From: an uncultured Gemmatimonadales bacterium
GTDB lineage: Bacteria > Gemmatimonadota > Gemmatimonadetes > Gemmatimonadales > GWC2-71-9
Reading direction: 5' to 3'
Assembly (NCBI GenBank): GCA_963825815.1
Contig: CAWGVB010000002.1
Span: 147,564-211,563 of the forward strand
Length of the DNA stretch: 64,000 nucleotides
Notes under the pieces: generated by a model
The model's database searches: none
Seen by the model: the letters and a program-made list of their open reading frames with translations, nothing else
What the model was told of the DNA's origin: nothing
Part shown: positions 33,391-44,148 of the stretch, piece after piece
Layout: each line of letters opens with the position of its first letter
Numbering within the stretch: the stretch's first letter is position 1
Made by a program: the position numbers and the translations under genes

Positions 33391-35364
33391 ATGCGTCCGC
33401 GCTGGTTGCTTCTCGTCTGCGCCTTGTGGCTGGCGTCTGCGCCGGCCAGGGCCCAGGCACCCACGATCACGCCTTCGGGCGACCCTTCCATCCGGAATGA
33501 CACCCTCTATCGGCTCGCGGTCGATCCCCGGAGTCACCCGGGCGAGAGCGCGGTGCTATTACTGGACGACGGAGTCATCCGGTATGAGGCAGACGGAACC
33601 GGAACCGAGACCTACCGGGAGGTGAGCCAGATCCTCACGCCCGACGCGGTGGAGGACTACGCCGAGCACGAGTTCTCCTATGCCCCGGGGCACCAGCGCC
33701 TCACGGTCAACTGGATTCGGGTGGTCCGTCCCGATGGAACCGTGGTGAGTGAAGCGCCGAGTCAGGCCCAGGACGCCGACATTCCGGCAAGCCTGACCGA
33801 TCCGGTGTACACCGACACCAAGGTTCGCCGGTACTCGCTGAGCGGGGTGGCCCCCGGCACCATCGTAGACTGGAGCTATACGGTAGAGGAGATCAAACCA
33901 TTCCTGCCGGGAGACTTCTTCGCGACCTGGAGCGTCCATACCGACGCGTTCACCCGCCGCTCCCGGTTTATCGTCGATGTCCCAGCATCGGTCCGGCTTC
34001 ATCTGGTCGAGCGCAATCTTCCGTTCCGGTCCCGTGAGACCGTAGCCCGTGGCCGGCATTCCTATCTCTGGACCGCCCGCGACGTCCAACCGGTTACGCC
34101 CGAAGAGTTCATGGCCGACTCGAATGGCGTATACATGTCGATTGCACTATCGGGCCCTATATCCTGGGAGACCATCGGCAGCTGGTACTCCGGGCTGTCG
34201 CGTGACCGGTATGGCATCGACCACAGCATACGGGAAAAGCTTCGCGGTCTGCTCAAGGGAGCTCCGACCCCGGACGATACGCTGCGCACCCTGCAACGCT
34301 GGGTCGCGCAGGATATCAGGTATGTCTCCATAGCCCTGGGTCTTGGTGGCTATCAGCCGCGGATGCCGGCCGAGGTCCTGGCCACTGGCTACGGCGACTG
34401 CAAGGACAAGACAACTCTGTTCGTCGCTGCGGCGCGGGCGCTGGGTTTTCGGGCCTATCCGGTTCTTCTCAACAGCGGCGGCTCGGTTGATCGCGCCCTG
34501 CCATCTCTCAGTCAGTTCGATCATGCCATTGCCATGGTCGAGCGATCCGAGGGACGGATATACATCGATCTCACCGCCGAGCTGGTGCCCTATGGTGAGC
34601 TCCCCGAGTCGGATCAGGGCCAATTCGGGTTGATTGTCTATCCGGACGGAACCTCTGAGCAAGTCACATTACCGGAGACTGCCCCCAGCGCCAATTTGAA
34701 TGAGACCAGGATCGCGGGGTCGCTGTCGACCGAGGGCTACATCACGGCGATGTACGAGGAGCGAGGCCTGGGCAGCCGCCAATACGGTCTGAGGAGCCTG
34801 TTCCTGGCTCCGGCGGACTCGGGCCACCGGGCAGAGTTTGCTCGCGCTATAGCCACCAAGCTCTACCCCGGCGCTGAGGCTGACAGTCTTGTGGTATTCG
34901 AGGGGCGAGACCTGGCGGCTGATCCGCGTGTCGCCCTCCGCATCGTCCGGGGTCTGGCCGCCCGGCCGATCGGGAATAACCAGACCCTGATTCTGAGCCT
35001 CCCGTTGACCAGCATGCGGGGCATGGCTGACGCCGCCACCGCTCTCGAGTCGAATGGCCCGAGACGTTTTCCCATTGATGCCGCAAAGATTGTTGGCCCG
35101 GTGGCCACCTTCACCGACATCAAGCTCACCCTGCCATCCGGTTGGCGGGCTCAGCTGCCCCATGATGTCGAGGCGAAGAGCAAATGGGGAACCTATGCAG
35201 CCCGGTACGATCAGGAGGGCGCCACTCTGCACATTGTCCGTCGGCTGGAAGGCGCTCGAGGCATCTACCCACCAGCAGATCTTCCTGACCTGACCGGCTG
35301 GCTTCGCGCGGTGGCCCAGGACGATGTGGCTTATCTCGTGATCGAGCGGAATTCCACGCCTTGA
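33391..35364 (+). CDS. Exported DUF3857 + transglutaminase-like protein
   Basis: Signal peptide; IRYVSI; YGDCKDK (Cys), FDHAI (His), IDLT (Asp) triad. Confidence 0.85.
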   Translation: MRPRWLLLVCALWLASAPARAQAPTITPSGDPSIRNDTLYRLAVDPRSHPGESAVLLLDDGVIRYEADGTGTETYREVSQILTPDAVEDYAEHEFSYAPGHQRLTVNWIRVVRPDGTVVSEAPSQAQDADIPASLTDPVYTDTKVRRYSLSGVAPGTIVDWSYTVEEIKPFLPGDFFATWSVHTDAFTRRSRFIVDVPASVRLHLVERNLPFRSRETVARGRHSYLWTARDVQPVTPEEFMADSNGVYMSIALSGPISWETIGSWYSGLSRDRYGIDHSIREKLRGLLKGAPTPDDTLRTLQRWVAQDIRYVSIALGLGGYQPRMPAEVLATGYGDCKDKTTLFVAAARALGFRAYPVLLNSGGSVDRALPSLSQFDHAIAMVERSEGRIYIDLTAELVPYGELPESDQGQFGLIVYPDGTSEQVTLPETAPSANLNETRIAGSLSTEGYITAMYEERGLGSRQYGLRSLFLAPADSGHRAEFARAIATKLYPGAEADSLVVFEGRDLAADPRVALRIVRGLAARPIGNNQTLILSLPLTSMRGMADAATALESNGPRRFPIDAAKIVGPVATFTDIKLTLPSGWRAQLPHDVEAKSKWGTYAARYDQEGATLHIVRRLEGARGIYPPADLPDLTGWLRAVAQDDVAYLVIERNSTP

Positions 35365-35372
35365 TTGGCATA

Positions 35373-35399
35373 CGAAGCCCCCGAAGACCGGGGGCTTCG
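35373..35399. terminator. 11-bp hairpin between convergent genes
   Basis: CGAAGCCCCCG-aagac-CGGGGGCTTCG; no clear U-tract. Confidence 0.55.
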
Positions 35400-35442
35400 C
35401 TCATTCGGCTCAGCGGGCTTCAGCGAGGAATATTGTCGTCCG

Positions 35443-37272
35443 TTATTCGACGGTTACGGACTTGGCGAGGTTTCTGGGCTGATCCACGTTGCAGCCCCGG
35501 CTGACCGCCACGTAGTAGGAGAGCAGTTGGAGTGGAATGCTGGTCAGGATGGGCGTGAGCAGGTCAAGCGTTTCGGGAATGGTGAACGTGGCATCGGCCA
35601 AGCGCTCGATCTCGGCATCTCCCCCGTTGATCAGCGCGATCACCTTGCCGCCCCGTGCCTTCACCTCTTCGATGTTGGACACGATCTTGGAGTGGACCGC
35701 GTCGCGCGGAGCGATGAACACCACCGGCATGTTCTCGTCGATGAGCGCGATGGGCCCGTGCTTCATCTCGGCCGCGGGGTAGCCCTCGGCGTGAATGTAG
35801 GAGATTTCCTTCAGCTTCAAGGCGCCTTCCAGCGCAACCGGGAAATTGACTCCACGGCCGAGATACAGGGCGTTCTTGCTGGTCTTGAGGAAGCGATCCG
35901 CCAGCGCCTCGATCTCGCTGGTCCGTTCCAGAATCTGGGAGACCTGCTCCGGCAGCTGCCGCAGGGCGTGAATGAACTGGCGGCCCTGCAGAATGCTGAG
36001 ATTCCTCAGCCGGGCGATGCGAAGCGTGATCAGGGAAAGCGCGGCAACCTGGCTGGTGAACGCCTTGGTGCTGGCCACGCCGATCTCGGGGCCGGCGTGG
36101 AGGTAAATGCCCCCATCCACTTCTCGCGCTATGGTCGAGCCCACCACGTTGACCAGCCCGACGGTACGTCCTCCCCGCCGCTTGGCTTCCCGAATGGCGG
36201 CCAGCGTGTCGGCGGTCTCGCCCGACTGGGAAATGCCGATGACCAGAGTCTTCGGGTCAACGACCGGGTTCCGGTAGCGGAATTCCGAGGCGTATTCGAC
36301 TTCCACCGGAAGCCGCGCCATCTCTTCCAGCATGTACTCGCCGATGATCCCGGAGTGCCAGGAGGTGCCGCAGGCCGTGATGATGACGCGCTCGAACTGC
36401 TTGAGCTCCTCATCCGTCAGGTTGAGGCCGCTGACGCGGGCGGTGCCTTCGTCTTCCAGCAAGTGCCCCCGAAGCGTGTTGCAGATGCTCTCGGGCTGCT
36501 CGCAGATCTCCTTCAGCATGAAATGGGGATAACCACCCCGCTCCACCGTGGCGAGATCCCAGTCGATTTGATTCACCGGCTTGCTGATTCGCGCCGTCTC
36601 CAGGTTGCGCACCCGGTAGCCGTCACGGGTGAGCACCACCATCTCGCCGTCGTCCAGGTACACCACCGCGCGGGTGTGCTGCAGCAGAGGCGACGCGTCC
36701 GATGCCACGAAGAATTCGTTTTCACCGACGCCCACCAGCAGCGGAGAACCGTTCCGGGCCGCCACAATGACCCCGGGCTCGTCCGATGAGATGAAGGCCA
36801 GACCGTAAGCCCCCTCTACGTCCCGCAGCGCGCTGGCGACGGCATCCTCGAGATTTCCGTGATAGAACTCGCCCACCAGGTGAGCCAGCACCTCCGTATC
36901 GGTGTCCGACTTGAAGGTATGACCGCGCTGCTCCAACGCCTTTCGGATGGCGCCCGAGTTCTCGATGATGCCGTTATGGATGACAGCGATCCGCCCTGAT
37001 TGATCGGTGTGAGGATGGGCGTTGGTGGTGGTAGGAGCTCCGTGAGTGGCCCAACGGGTGTGCCCGATTCCGATCGTTCCCTGCGGCAGGTCATGGTTCA
37101 GCTCACCTTCCAGAACCGAAAGCTTCCCCGCAGCCTTCATGATCTTCAAGCCATGACCGTTCACCACTGCGATCCCGGCCGAATCGTAGCCGCGATACTC
37201 CAGGCGCCGCAGGCCTTCCAGCAGCAGCCCAGCTGCCTGACGCGGTCCGATATAGCCGACAATGCCGCACAT
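35443..37272 (-). CDS. glmS: Glutamine--fructose-6-phosphate aminotransferase
   Basis: MCGIVG, EYRGYDSAG, GHTRWATHG, SQSGETADT, PRNLAKSVTVE. Confidence 0.99.
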   Translation of the reverse strand: MCGIVGYIGPRQAAGLLLEGLRRLEYRGYDSAGIAVVNGHGLKIMKAAGKLSVLEGELNHDLPQGTIGIGHTRWATHGAPTTTNAHPHTDQSGRIAVIHNGIIENSGAIRKALEQRGHTFKSDTDTEVLAHLVGEFYHGNLEDAVASALRDVEGAYGLAFISSDEPGVIVAARNGSPLLVGVGENEFFVASDASPLLQHTRAVVYLDDGEMVVLTRDGYRVRNLETARISKPVNQIDWDLATVERGGYPHFMLKEICEQPESICNTLRGHLLEDEGTARVSGLNLTDEELKQFERVIITACGTSWHSGIIGEYMLEEMARLPVEVEYASEFRYRNPVVDPKTLVIGISQSGETADTLAAIREAKRRGGRTVGLVNVVGSTIAREVDGGIYLHAGPEIGVASTKAFTSQVAALSLITLRIARLRNLSILQGRQFIHALRQLPEQVSQILERTSEIEALADRFLKTSKNALYLGRGVNFPVALEGALKLKEISYIHAEGYPAAEMKHGPIALIDENMPVVFIAPRDAVHSKIVSNIEEVKARGGKVIALINGGDAEIERLADATFTIPETLDLLTPILTSIPLQLLSYYVAVSRGCNVDQPRNLAKSVTVE

Positions 37273-37283
37273 GATGGTGAACC

Positions 37284-38675
37284 TCAGTCCAGGAGTTCTC
37301 GGCCTGCCGCCACAAGGGCTTCGGCCTCGGCTCTGCTCGGTGCTTCAGCGATCAGCCGCACGATCGGCTCGGTACCCGAAGGTCGGACGTGCAGCCAACG
37401 GTCGGACCAGGCCAACCGAAGCCCATCGCGCTCGTCGGCGGCTGCATCGGAAAATCGCTGTCGCAGCCGCTGATAGAGAGGAGGCAGATCCGAACCGCGG
37501 GGTGCCTTTGCCTTGACGATGGTGTACCGGGGCGACTCGGCCACGAGTCGGGACAGCGTTACCCCAGTCTGGGCAAGAAGATGCAAGATCAAGGCCACCC
37601 CTAAGGGTGCGTCCCGTCCGATGTGCAGCTGCGGCAGCATGACGCCGCCGTTGCCCTCGCCGCCGATGAGCGCACGCTCATCTCGAATGGTACGAGCCAC
37701 GTTCGCCTCGCCCACAGGGGCCCGAACCAACCGAGCGCCACCGGCCCGGGCGGCATCCTCCACCACCAGGCTGGTCGAGAGATTCACCACCACCGTGGGG
37801 GTGGTACCGTCAGTGCGGCGTCGATCCAACACGGCTTTGACCGCGAAGGCCAGCGTATAGTCCTCCCCGATTGCAGTGCCGGTCTCATCTACCAGGGCAA
37901 GCCGGTCCACGTCGGGGTCGACTGCCAGCCCTATATCTGCCCGGGTGGTTTTGACCAGCGCGCTCAGCTCACCCAGGTTCTCAGGTACGGGCTCCGGCGC
38001 GCGAGGAAACCGACCATCCATCTCCAGATTGATCCCATGGACCCGGCAGGAAAGCCGCTCCAGCAGTGGGAGGATAGCCCCGGCGCCGGCACCACGCACG
38101 CAGTCGAGCGCGACCAGGAAGCGCCGCGCCCGGATGGCCGCCAGATCCAGCATCGGTAAGGCGAGGATGGCATCCAAGTGCCGCTCGATGGCCCCGGGAT
38201 CCTCTCGGGCGCTGCCGAGGTCACTCCAACCCGCTCGCCGCGGCCCCTGCTCTGCCAAGGCGCGGACTGCGCCGCCGGCCTGGGCATCCAGGAAGATCCC
38301 ATCCGGGCCCACGAACTTCAACGCATTCCACTCTATTGGATTATGGCTGGCGGTGAGGATCAAGCCAGCCGCCGCGTGATGATGCTCCACCGCCAGCTGT
38401 ACAGTTGGAGTGGGCACAATTCCCAGGTCGATCACCTCCACCCCCACCGACATGAGCCCGGCTGCAGCCGCACGAGTAAACATGGCTCCGCTGGTGCGGG
38501 CGTCCCGGCCGAGGACTACCGACGGGCGGACTGGCGGACGGGCGGACTGATCAGTGGATTGTGAGCCAGCCCAGGAACCCAGCGCAGCCGCGTAGCGGGC
38601 GACCAGCTCAGGTGTCAGGTCGGTGCCCACGTGTCCCCGGATGCCGGAGACGCTGATCATCAGAGTGTCGGACAT
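37284..38675 (-). CDS. glmM: Phosphoglucosamine mutase / phosphohexomutase
   Basis: ISVSGIRG, TASHNP, DPDVDR, GGEGNGG, VRPSGTEP; directly upstream of glmS. Confidence 0.88.
   Translation of the reverse strand: MSDTLMISVSGIRGHVGTDLTPELVARYAAALGSWAGSQSTDQSARPPVRPSVVLGRDARTSGAMFTRAAAAGLMSVGVEVIDLGIVPTPTVQLAVEHHHAAAGLILTASHNPIEWNALKFVGPDGIFLDAQAGGAVRALAEQGPRRAGWSDLGSAREDPGAIERHLDAILALPMLDLAAIRARRFLVALDCVRGAGAGAILPLLERLSCRVHGINLEMDGRFPRAPEPVPENLGELSALVKTTRADIGLAVDPDVDRLALVDETGTAIGEDYTLAFAVKAVLDRRRTDGTTPTVVVNLSTSLVVEDAARAGGARLVRAPVGEANVARTIRDERALIGGEGNGGVMLPQLHIGRDAPLGVALILHLLAQTGVTLSRLVAESPRYTIVKAKAPRGSDLPPLYQRLRQRFSDAAADERDGLRLAWSDRWLHVRPSGTEPIVRLIAEAPSRAEAEALVAAGRELLD
38525..38548. repeat. (GGCGGACK)x3 octamer array inside glmM
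   Basis: ggcggact ggcggacg ggcggact = 24 bp, frame-preserving. Confidence 0.7.
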
Positions 38676-38686
38676 TACGGCGAGGT

Positions 38687-39730
38687 TCAGGTGATCGGGA
38701 GCTGCGAGCCGCCGCCGAAGGCGCTGAGAAACGCCTCGACAACTCGAGCATCGAAGTGGACGCCGGCACACCTGCGAAGCTCGTCGAGCGCCCGGGGCAC
38801 AGGAAGCTGAGGACGATAGGCCCGGTTCGTGGTCATGGCATCGAACGCATCCACCACTGCCACGATTCGGGCTTCCAGCGGGATCTGCTCGCCCCGCAAT
38901 GCATCCGGAAAACCGCTGCCGTCGATCCGCTCGTGATGAGAGCGAACGATCCGAAGTACACTGGGTGACTGGGACAGAAAAGGTGCGAGGATTTTCTCTC
39001 CCAGAGCCGAGTGCTCCATGATGTGCTGGAACTCTTCGGGGGTGAGCGGTCCCGGTTTGTTCAGGATGAATTCGCGGGTGCCGATTTTCCCGATGTCGTG
39101 CAGCTCGCCCCCCAGTCGGATGTGCTCCACCGCATCATCGGCAAATCCCAGCTGCGCCGCAGTTCGGGTGGCATAGCGGCTCACCCGGCTGGAGTGCCCG
39201 CTGGTGTAGGCGTCCTTGGCCTCGAGCGCCTGCACCAGCGTCTGCACCCCATTTATCAGGGAGGAGCGGTTTTTTCGGTCGAGCTCCTGCACCCGCATTT
39301 CCAGCATCTGCTGGTAGTAGCGGTTTTCCAGAACCAGCCGGCGCTTCTCCAGCGCCTTGTGCAGCCGGGCCCGGACTTCCTCGATGATCACCGGCTTGGA
39401 GATGTAGTCCAGAGCGCCCAGCTTGAGGCACTCGACGGCGGTATTGACCTCGGCCATTCCGGTCAGCATCACCACCGCCATGTCCGGGTAACGCTGCAGG
39501 GCCTCGCGCAGAAAGGTGACCCCGTCCATCTCCGGCATGTAGATGTCGGAGATACAGATCGGGATCTCGCCTACCCGTTTCAGCACAGCCAGGGCATCAG
39601 CGCCGGAGGAGGCCTCAACGGGTGACAAACCCTGCGTCGCAATGACACGCGCGAGCACCTGCCGCACTTGAGCGTCGTCGTCCACAATGAGGCAACGCGG
39701 ACTGGCGCCATCGGAGATCGTGGCAGTCAC
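38687..39730 (-). CDS. Receiver + HD-GYP cyclic-dinucleotide phosphodiesterase
   Basis: IVDDD...SDIYMP; KDAYTSGHS, LHDIGKIG, HHERIDGSGFP, DAFDAMT..RAYR; GTG start near 39730. Confidence 0.9.
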   Translation of the reverse strand: MTATISDGASPRCLIVDDDAQVRQVLARVIATQGLSPVEASSGADALAVLKRVGEIPICISDIYMPEMDGVTFLREALQRYPDMAVVMLTGMAEVNTAVECLKLGALDYISKPVIIEEVRARLHKALEKRRLVLENRYYQQMLEMRVQELDRKNRSSLINGVQTLVQALEAKDAYTSGHSSRVSRYATRTAAQLGFADDAVEHIRLGGELHDIGKIGTREFILNKPGPLTPEEFQHIMEHSALGEKILAPFLSQSPSVLRIVRSHHERIDGSGFPDALRGEQIPLEARIVAVVDAFDAMTTNRAYRPQLPVPRALDELRRCAGVHFDARVVEAFLSAFGGGSQLPIT

Positions 39731-39817
39731 GCAGCGAAAGTAAACGGGGCCAACAGCTAATAGCCAATAGTCTTGCCTGCTATTACGCTTCACCTGACCC
39801 CTCCCTCGCAGGAGCCC

Positions 39818-40990
39818 ATGACCCGCATCCTCGAGCACGACCACGAGCACGGCTTTGCCACCCGATCCGTCCATGCCGGACAGATCATCGAGCCTCTGGC
39901 GGGCGCGGTCATGACCCCGATCTACCAGACCTCGACCTACGTGCAGGAAGGGCTGGGCAAGAACCGGGGATACGAGTACGCCCGTACCCAGAACCCGACC
40001 CGCGAGGCGCTGGAGCGCAACGTGGCCAGTCTCGAAGGCGCTACCCACGGCTTTGCCTTCGGCTCGGGGTTGGCCGCCCTCGATGCCGTGCTCAAGCTTT
40101 TCAAGACCGGCGATCACCTCGTCTGCGGCGAGAACGTATACGGCGGCAGTCATCGGCTGATGGAGCGGATCTATGGCAATCTGGGCTTGCGGGTGAGCTT
40201 CGTAGACATGCGCGACGTCGGGAATATCGAGCGCGCCCTCACCCCGGCCACGCGGATGGTTTACTGCGAGACCCCAACCAATCCGATGATGAACCTCACC
40301 GATCTCGCCGCGGTGGGAGACCTGACCCAGGCCCACGGCTATCTCTACGTGGTGGACAACACCTTCGCCACACCGTACTTCCAGCGGCCCCTGGAGCACG
40401 GCGCCGACATTGTCCTGCACTCGACTACGAAATACCTGAACGGTCACAGCGACATGGTGGGCGGGCTGCTGGTCACCTCGAGGGACGACGTAGCCGAGCG
40501 GCTGGCGTTCATCCAGAATGCGGCTGGGGCCGTTCCAGGACCCATGGACTGCTGGCTGGCGCTTCGGGGCATAAAGACCCTGCCGCTCCGAATGCGTCAG
40601 CACGATGCCAATGGACGCCGAGTCGCGGAGTGGCTGACCCGGCAGTCCATGGTCAGCAAGGTCTACTACCCGGGCCTGCCCTCGCATCCGCAACACGAGA
40701 TCGCCTGCCGGCAGATGAACGGCTTCGGCGGGATGGTGTCGCTCGATCTGGGCGATCCCGCCCGAGCGCGGCGTTTCGTGGAAAGCACCCGGATCTTCGT
40801 GCTGGCCGAATCGCTCGGAGGAGTCGAGAGTCTGGTGGGCCATCCCGCCTCGATGACGCACGCTTCGGTGCCACCGGCCATGCGACAGTCGATGGGCCTC
40901 ACCGACAGCCTGGTCCGGCTGAGCTGCGGCATTGAAGACGTGGACGATCTTCTGGCAGATCTGGATCAGGCCCTGAGGAAGTGCGCCTGA
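39818..40990 (+). CDS. metB: Cystathionine gamma-synthase/lyase (Cys/Met PLP enzyme)
   Basis: [45 protein letters not shown]. Confidence 0.9.
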   Translation: MTRILEHDHEHGFATRSVHAGQIIEPLAGAVMTPIYQTSTYVQEGLGKNRGYEYARTQNPTREALERNVASLEGATHGFAFGSGLAALDAVLKLFKTGDHLVCGENVYGGSHRLMERIYGNLGLRVSFVDMRDVGNIERALTPATRMVYCETPTNPMMNLTDLAAVGDLTQAHGYLYVVDNTFATPYFQRPLEHGADIVLHSTTKYLNGHSDMVGGLLVTSRDDVAERLAFIQNAAGAVPGPMDCWLALRGIKTLPLRMRQHDANGRRVAEWLTRQSMVSKVYYPGLPSHPQHEIACRQMNGFGGMVSLDLGDPARARRFVESTRIFVLAESLGGVESLVGHPASMTHASVPPAMRQSMGLTDSLVRLSCGIEDVDDLLADLDQALRKCA

Positions 40991-40991
40991 G

Positions 40992-42009
40992 ATGAATTCC
41001 AGCGTTCCCGCCCCTCGTCCCCGGCAGCGTTTCCCCGAAATCGCGGCAATCACCTGGGAGCATCCCGCCGACCGGGCAGCGCTGCAGACCCTGCGAGCCA
41101 TACCGGGAGTGGACGAGATCATTCGGCGGGTGATTGCGCTGCTGGGCGGCGAACGCGGAATTCGCCTGCTGTTTCAGGGCAACGCGGTGCGGGTGGGACC
41201 TCACCAGTTTCCCAAGCTCTGGCATCTGCATACGGAAGTCACGACCACCTTCGACTGGAACACCGTCCCGGAACTCTACCTCACCCAAACTCCGTTCTTC
41301 AATGCCGGGGCCTACGGCATCGATTCGCCTTTCATCGTGGTGCACTCGGCGGCGGTAGAGCTGCTCGACGATGACGAGCTTCGGGTCCTCCTGTCGCACG
41401 AGCTCGGCCACGTCATGAGCGGCCATGCCCTGTATCGGACCATCGCGGCCATTCTTGCGCTGGTGAGCCTTGGGGTCCTGCCGGTGCTGGCCGAGCTGGT
41501 GGTGCTGCCGGTTCGGCTGGCCTTTCTCGAGTGGTCGAGAAAGTCCGAGCTCTCGGCCGACCGCGCCGGTCTGCTCGGCGCTCAGGACATTGTGGCAGCG
41601 CAGCGGCTGGACATGAAGATGGCCGGCGGCGGCCGGGGTGATGCATTTGCAGGGCAGCTCAATGTGGATGCCTTCATGCAGCAGGCCCATGAGTACGCCG
41701 CCGCCGGCGAGGGGCTCGATGTGGTGTACAAAATTCTGAGTACCCTCGCGCTCACTCACCCGATGCATACGGTCCGCGCGGCCGAGCTGCAGCGCTGGGT
41801 CGGCACGGGGGAATACGACCGAATTCTTGCGGGGAGAGTACCTGCGCCGCGGTACCGAATCGAGTGAGCGCCCGCTGCGAGATGATGTGGCAGCGGCCGG
41901 GAGCTACTACGCCTCCGAAGCCCGTGAGCTGGCTGGGCAGCTGGCCGATGTCGCCAAGCGGGCCGCCGACCGCGCGCGCGAGGCATTCCGGAACGCACAG
42001 AAACCGTGA
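40992..42009 (+). CDS. M48 family zinc metallopeptidase; +1 frameshift near 41835
   Basis: HELGH, ELSADR, THP; the tail continues in ORF 41827..42009 and overlaps the purD GTG. Confidence 0.88.
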
Positions 42010-43307
42010 GACTGCTGGTTGTCGGTGGGGGAGGCCGGGAGCACGCTTTGTGTTGGGCGCTCCGCCGGGAAGATCCCCGCGCCGAGCTGTACTGCGCTCC
42101 CGGAAACCCTGGAACCGCGGAGCTGGCCCACAACCTCGACATTGCGGCCGACGATCTGGATCGTCTGGCCGACGCCGCAGACATGTACGGCATCGACCTC
42201 ACCGTGGTGGGGCCCGAGCTTCCGTTGGCCCGTGGTCTGGCCGACCGGCTCCGAGCCGAGGGCCGCGCGGTGTTCGGGCCCAACGCCGCGGCGGCCCAGA
42301 TCGAAGCCTCCAAGGCCTTCGCCAAAGACGTCATGGCTTCGGCAGGGGTACGAACGGCGGCCAGCCAGTCGTTCGTCGATCTGAAGGCCGCCCTGGCGTT
42401 CGTAGACGCCCACCCAGAGCCTCTGGTGGTTAAAGCCTCCGGCCTCGCGGCAGGAAAGGGTGCAATTGTTTGCACCACCCGAAAGGAGGCTGCCCAAGCC
42501 GTCCGGGCCATGCTCGAGCGGGGCGACTTTGGCAGTGCCGGCAGCACCGTGGTGATCGAGGCCTACCTGGAAGGCGAAGAGATCTCGGTTATGGCCATCA
42601 CCAATGGTCGAGAGCTCGAGCTGTTGCCGGTCGCTCAGGATCACAAGCGGTTGCTGGAAGGAGACCGGGGCCCCAACACCGGTGGGATGGGCGCCTATAG
42701 TCCGGTGGCCGTGGCCGGGCCAGCGCTCCTGGAGCGGGTGAAGCGTGATGTGCTGCTGCCAACGCTGGAACAGCTGCAGCGGACGCGGACGCCGTTTGCC
42801 GGCGTGCTCTACGCCGGACTGATGATCGATGGCGCCGGCACACCTCGGGTGGTGGAGTTCAACTGCCGATTGGGCGATCCGGAGGCTCAGGTGATCCTGC
42901 CTCTGGTATCTCGAGGACTGATCGATTCCCTGTCTCGCGTCGCCCGGGGCGAGGCGCCCACGCGCATCGATTCCAGCCGAGGTGCCGCTGTGACCACCGT
43001 TCTCGCATCGAGAGGATACCCTGACGTCCCGGAGAAGGGCGCGCCGATCCAGCTGCCCGAGGATCTCCCCCAAGGCGTGACAATTTTCCAGGGTGGGACC
43101 AGCCGGGGCTCCGATGGTGTTCTCCGGGTCAATGGCGGGCGGGTGCTCACCGTTACAGGCGTCGCGGGTAGCTTCCCCGAAGCGCAACAGCTGAGCCGCC
43201 GCACAGCGGAGGCGGTTCAGTTCGAAGGGAAGACCTTCCGGCGGGACATTGGCTGGCGGGAAGCGTCGCGACAGCTGGCGTATTCGGCCCGAGGCTCATC
43301 CTCGTAG
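42006..43307 (+). CDS. purD: Phosphoribosylamine--glycine ligase
   Basis: GGGGREHAL, APGNPG, KASGLAAGKG, QDHKR, GPNTGGMGAY, EFNCRLGDPE. Confidence 0.98.
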   Translation: MRLLVVGGGGREHALCWALRREDPRAELYCAPGNPGTAELAHNLDIAADDLDRLADAADMYGIDLTVVGPELPLARGLADRLRAEGRAVFGPNAAAAQIEASKAFAKDVMASAGVRTAASQSFVDLKAALAFVDAHPEPLVVKASGLAAGKGAIVCTTRKEAAQAVRAMLERGDFGSAGSTVVIEAYLEGEEISVMAITNGRELELLPVAQDHKRLLEGDRGPNTGGMGAYSPVAVAGPALLERVKRDVLLPTLEQLQRTRTPFAGVLYAGLMIDGAGTPRVVEFNCRLGDPEAQVILPLVSRGLIDSLSRVARGEAPTRIDSSRGAAVTTVLASRGYPDVPEKGAPIQLPEDLPQGVTIFQGGTSRGSDGVLRVNGGRVLTVTGVAGSFPEAQQLSRRTAEAVQFEGKTFRRDIGWREASRQLAYSARGSSS

Positions 43308-43322
43308 CGGCACCACATCGGA

Positions 43323-44148
43323 ATGCCTGAGCTCCCCGAAGTCGAAACCATCGTTCGAGATCTTCAGCCACTCGTGACTGGGCGGCGTATCGTGCGCGCC
43401 AGCCTGAGTCACGATGACGTGCTCCGGGGAGTTACCAGGAGACAGCTCACCCGCCGCCTGGCCGGCAAGACCATTCGGGACGTTGCTCGGCGCGCGAAAC
43501 ACGCGGTGTTCGACCTGGGCTCCGAACGGCTGGTCATCCAGCCCGGAATGACCGGCTCGCTCACAGTACATCGGAAACGTCCTGACGCCGGCGGAGAGCC
43601 GCTATGCCGTGCTGCGGGCCGAGCTCGACCGGGGCGGCGAGCTGGTCTACACCGACGTCCGCCGGCTGGGCACCATTCTCCTGCTGAACGAAAAGCAGTG
43701 GGAGCTCTACGATCAGGGGCTCGGCCCCGAGCCACTGGACCCGGCGTTCTCTGTCGAGCAGCTGGGGAGCGCGCTGGGCCGGAGCCGCCAGGCGGTAAAG
43801 AAGGTACTGATGGACCAGCGCCACCTCGCGGGCGTAGGAAACATCTATGCCAACGAAGCGCTGTTTGCGGCAGGAATCGATCCGTCCAAGCCGGCCAACC
43901 GGCTCGACCCCGCGGACCACCGGCGCCTGCACACCGAGCTTCGCCGGATCCTGAGCTCGGCCATTCGGTCCAACGGTACAACCTTTCGCGACTACCGCAC
44001 GGGTACCGGTGAGCCGGGCAATTTCCAGCTCGAGCTTCTGGTATATGGCCGGGAGGGCGAGCCCTGCCGGCGCTGTGGCACCCGGCTGACCGGAACTCAT
44101 GCCATCGACGCCCGAATTTCGGTGTTCTGCCACCACTGCCAATCGTGA
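43323..44148 (+). CDS. mutM: Formamidopyrimidine-DNA glycosylase; +1 frameshift near 43595
   Basis: MPELPEVE, GMTG, AGVGNIYANE, CRRC...CHHCQ zinc finger. Confidence 0.95.

Noticed and set aside
37272-37284. glmS ribozyme
   Set aside because: Only 11 bp separate glmM from glmS, leaving no room for it.
38687-41122. 811-aa ORF and other long antisense ORFs (e.g. 15013..16416, 35365..36789, 53324..54943)
   Set aside because: Shadow frames of GC-rich genes. Only the 38687..39730 part encodes recognisable domains.
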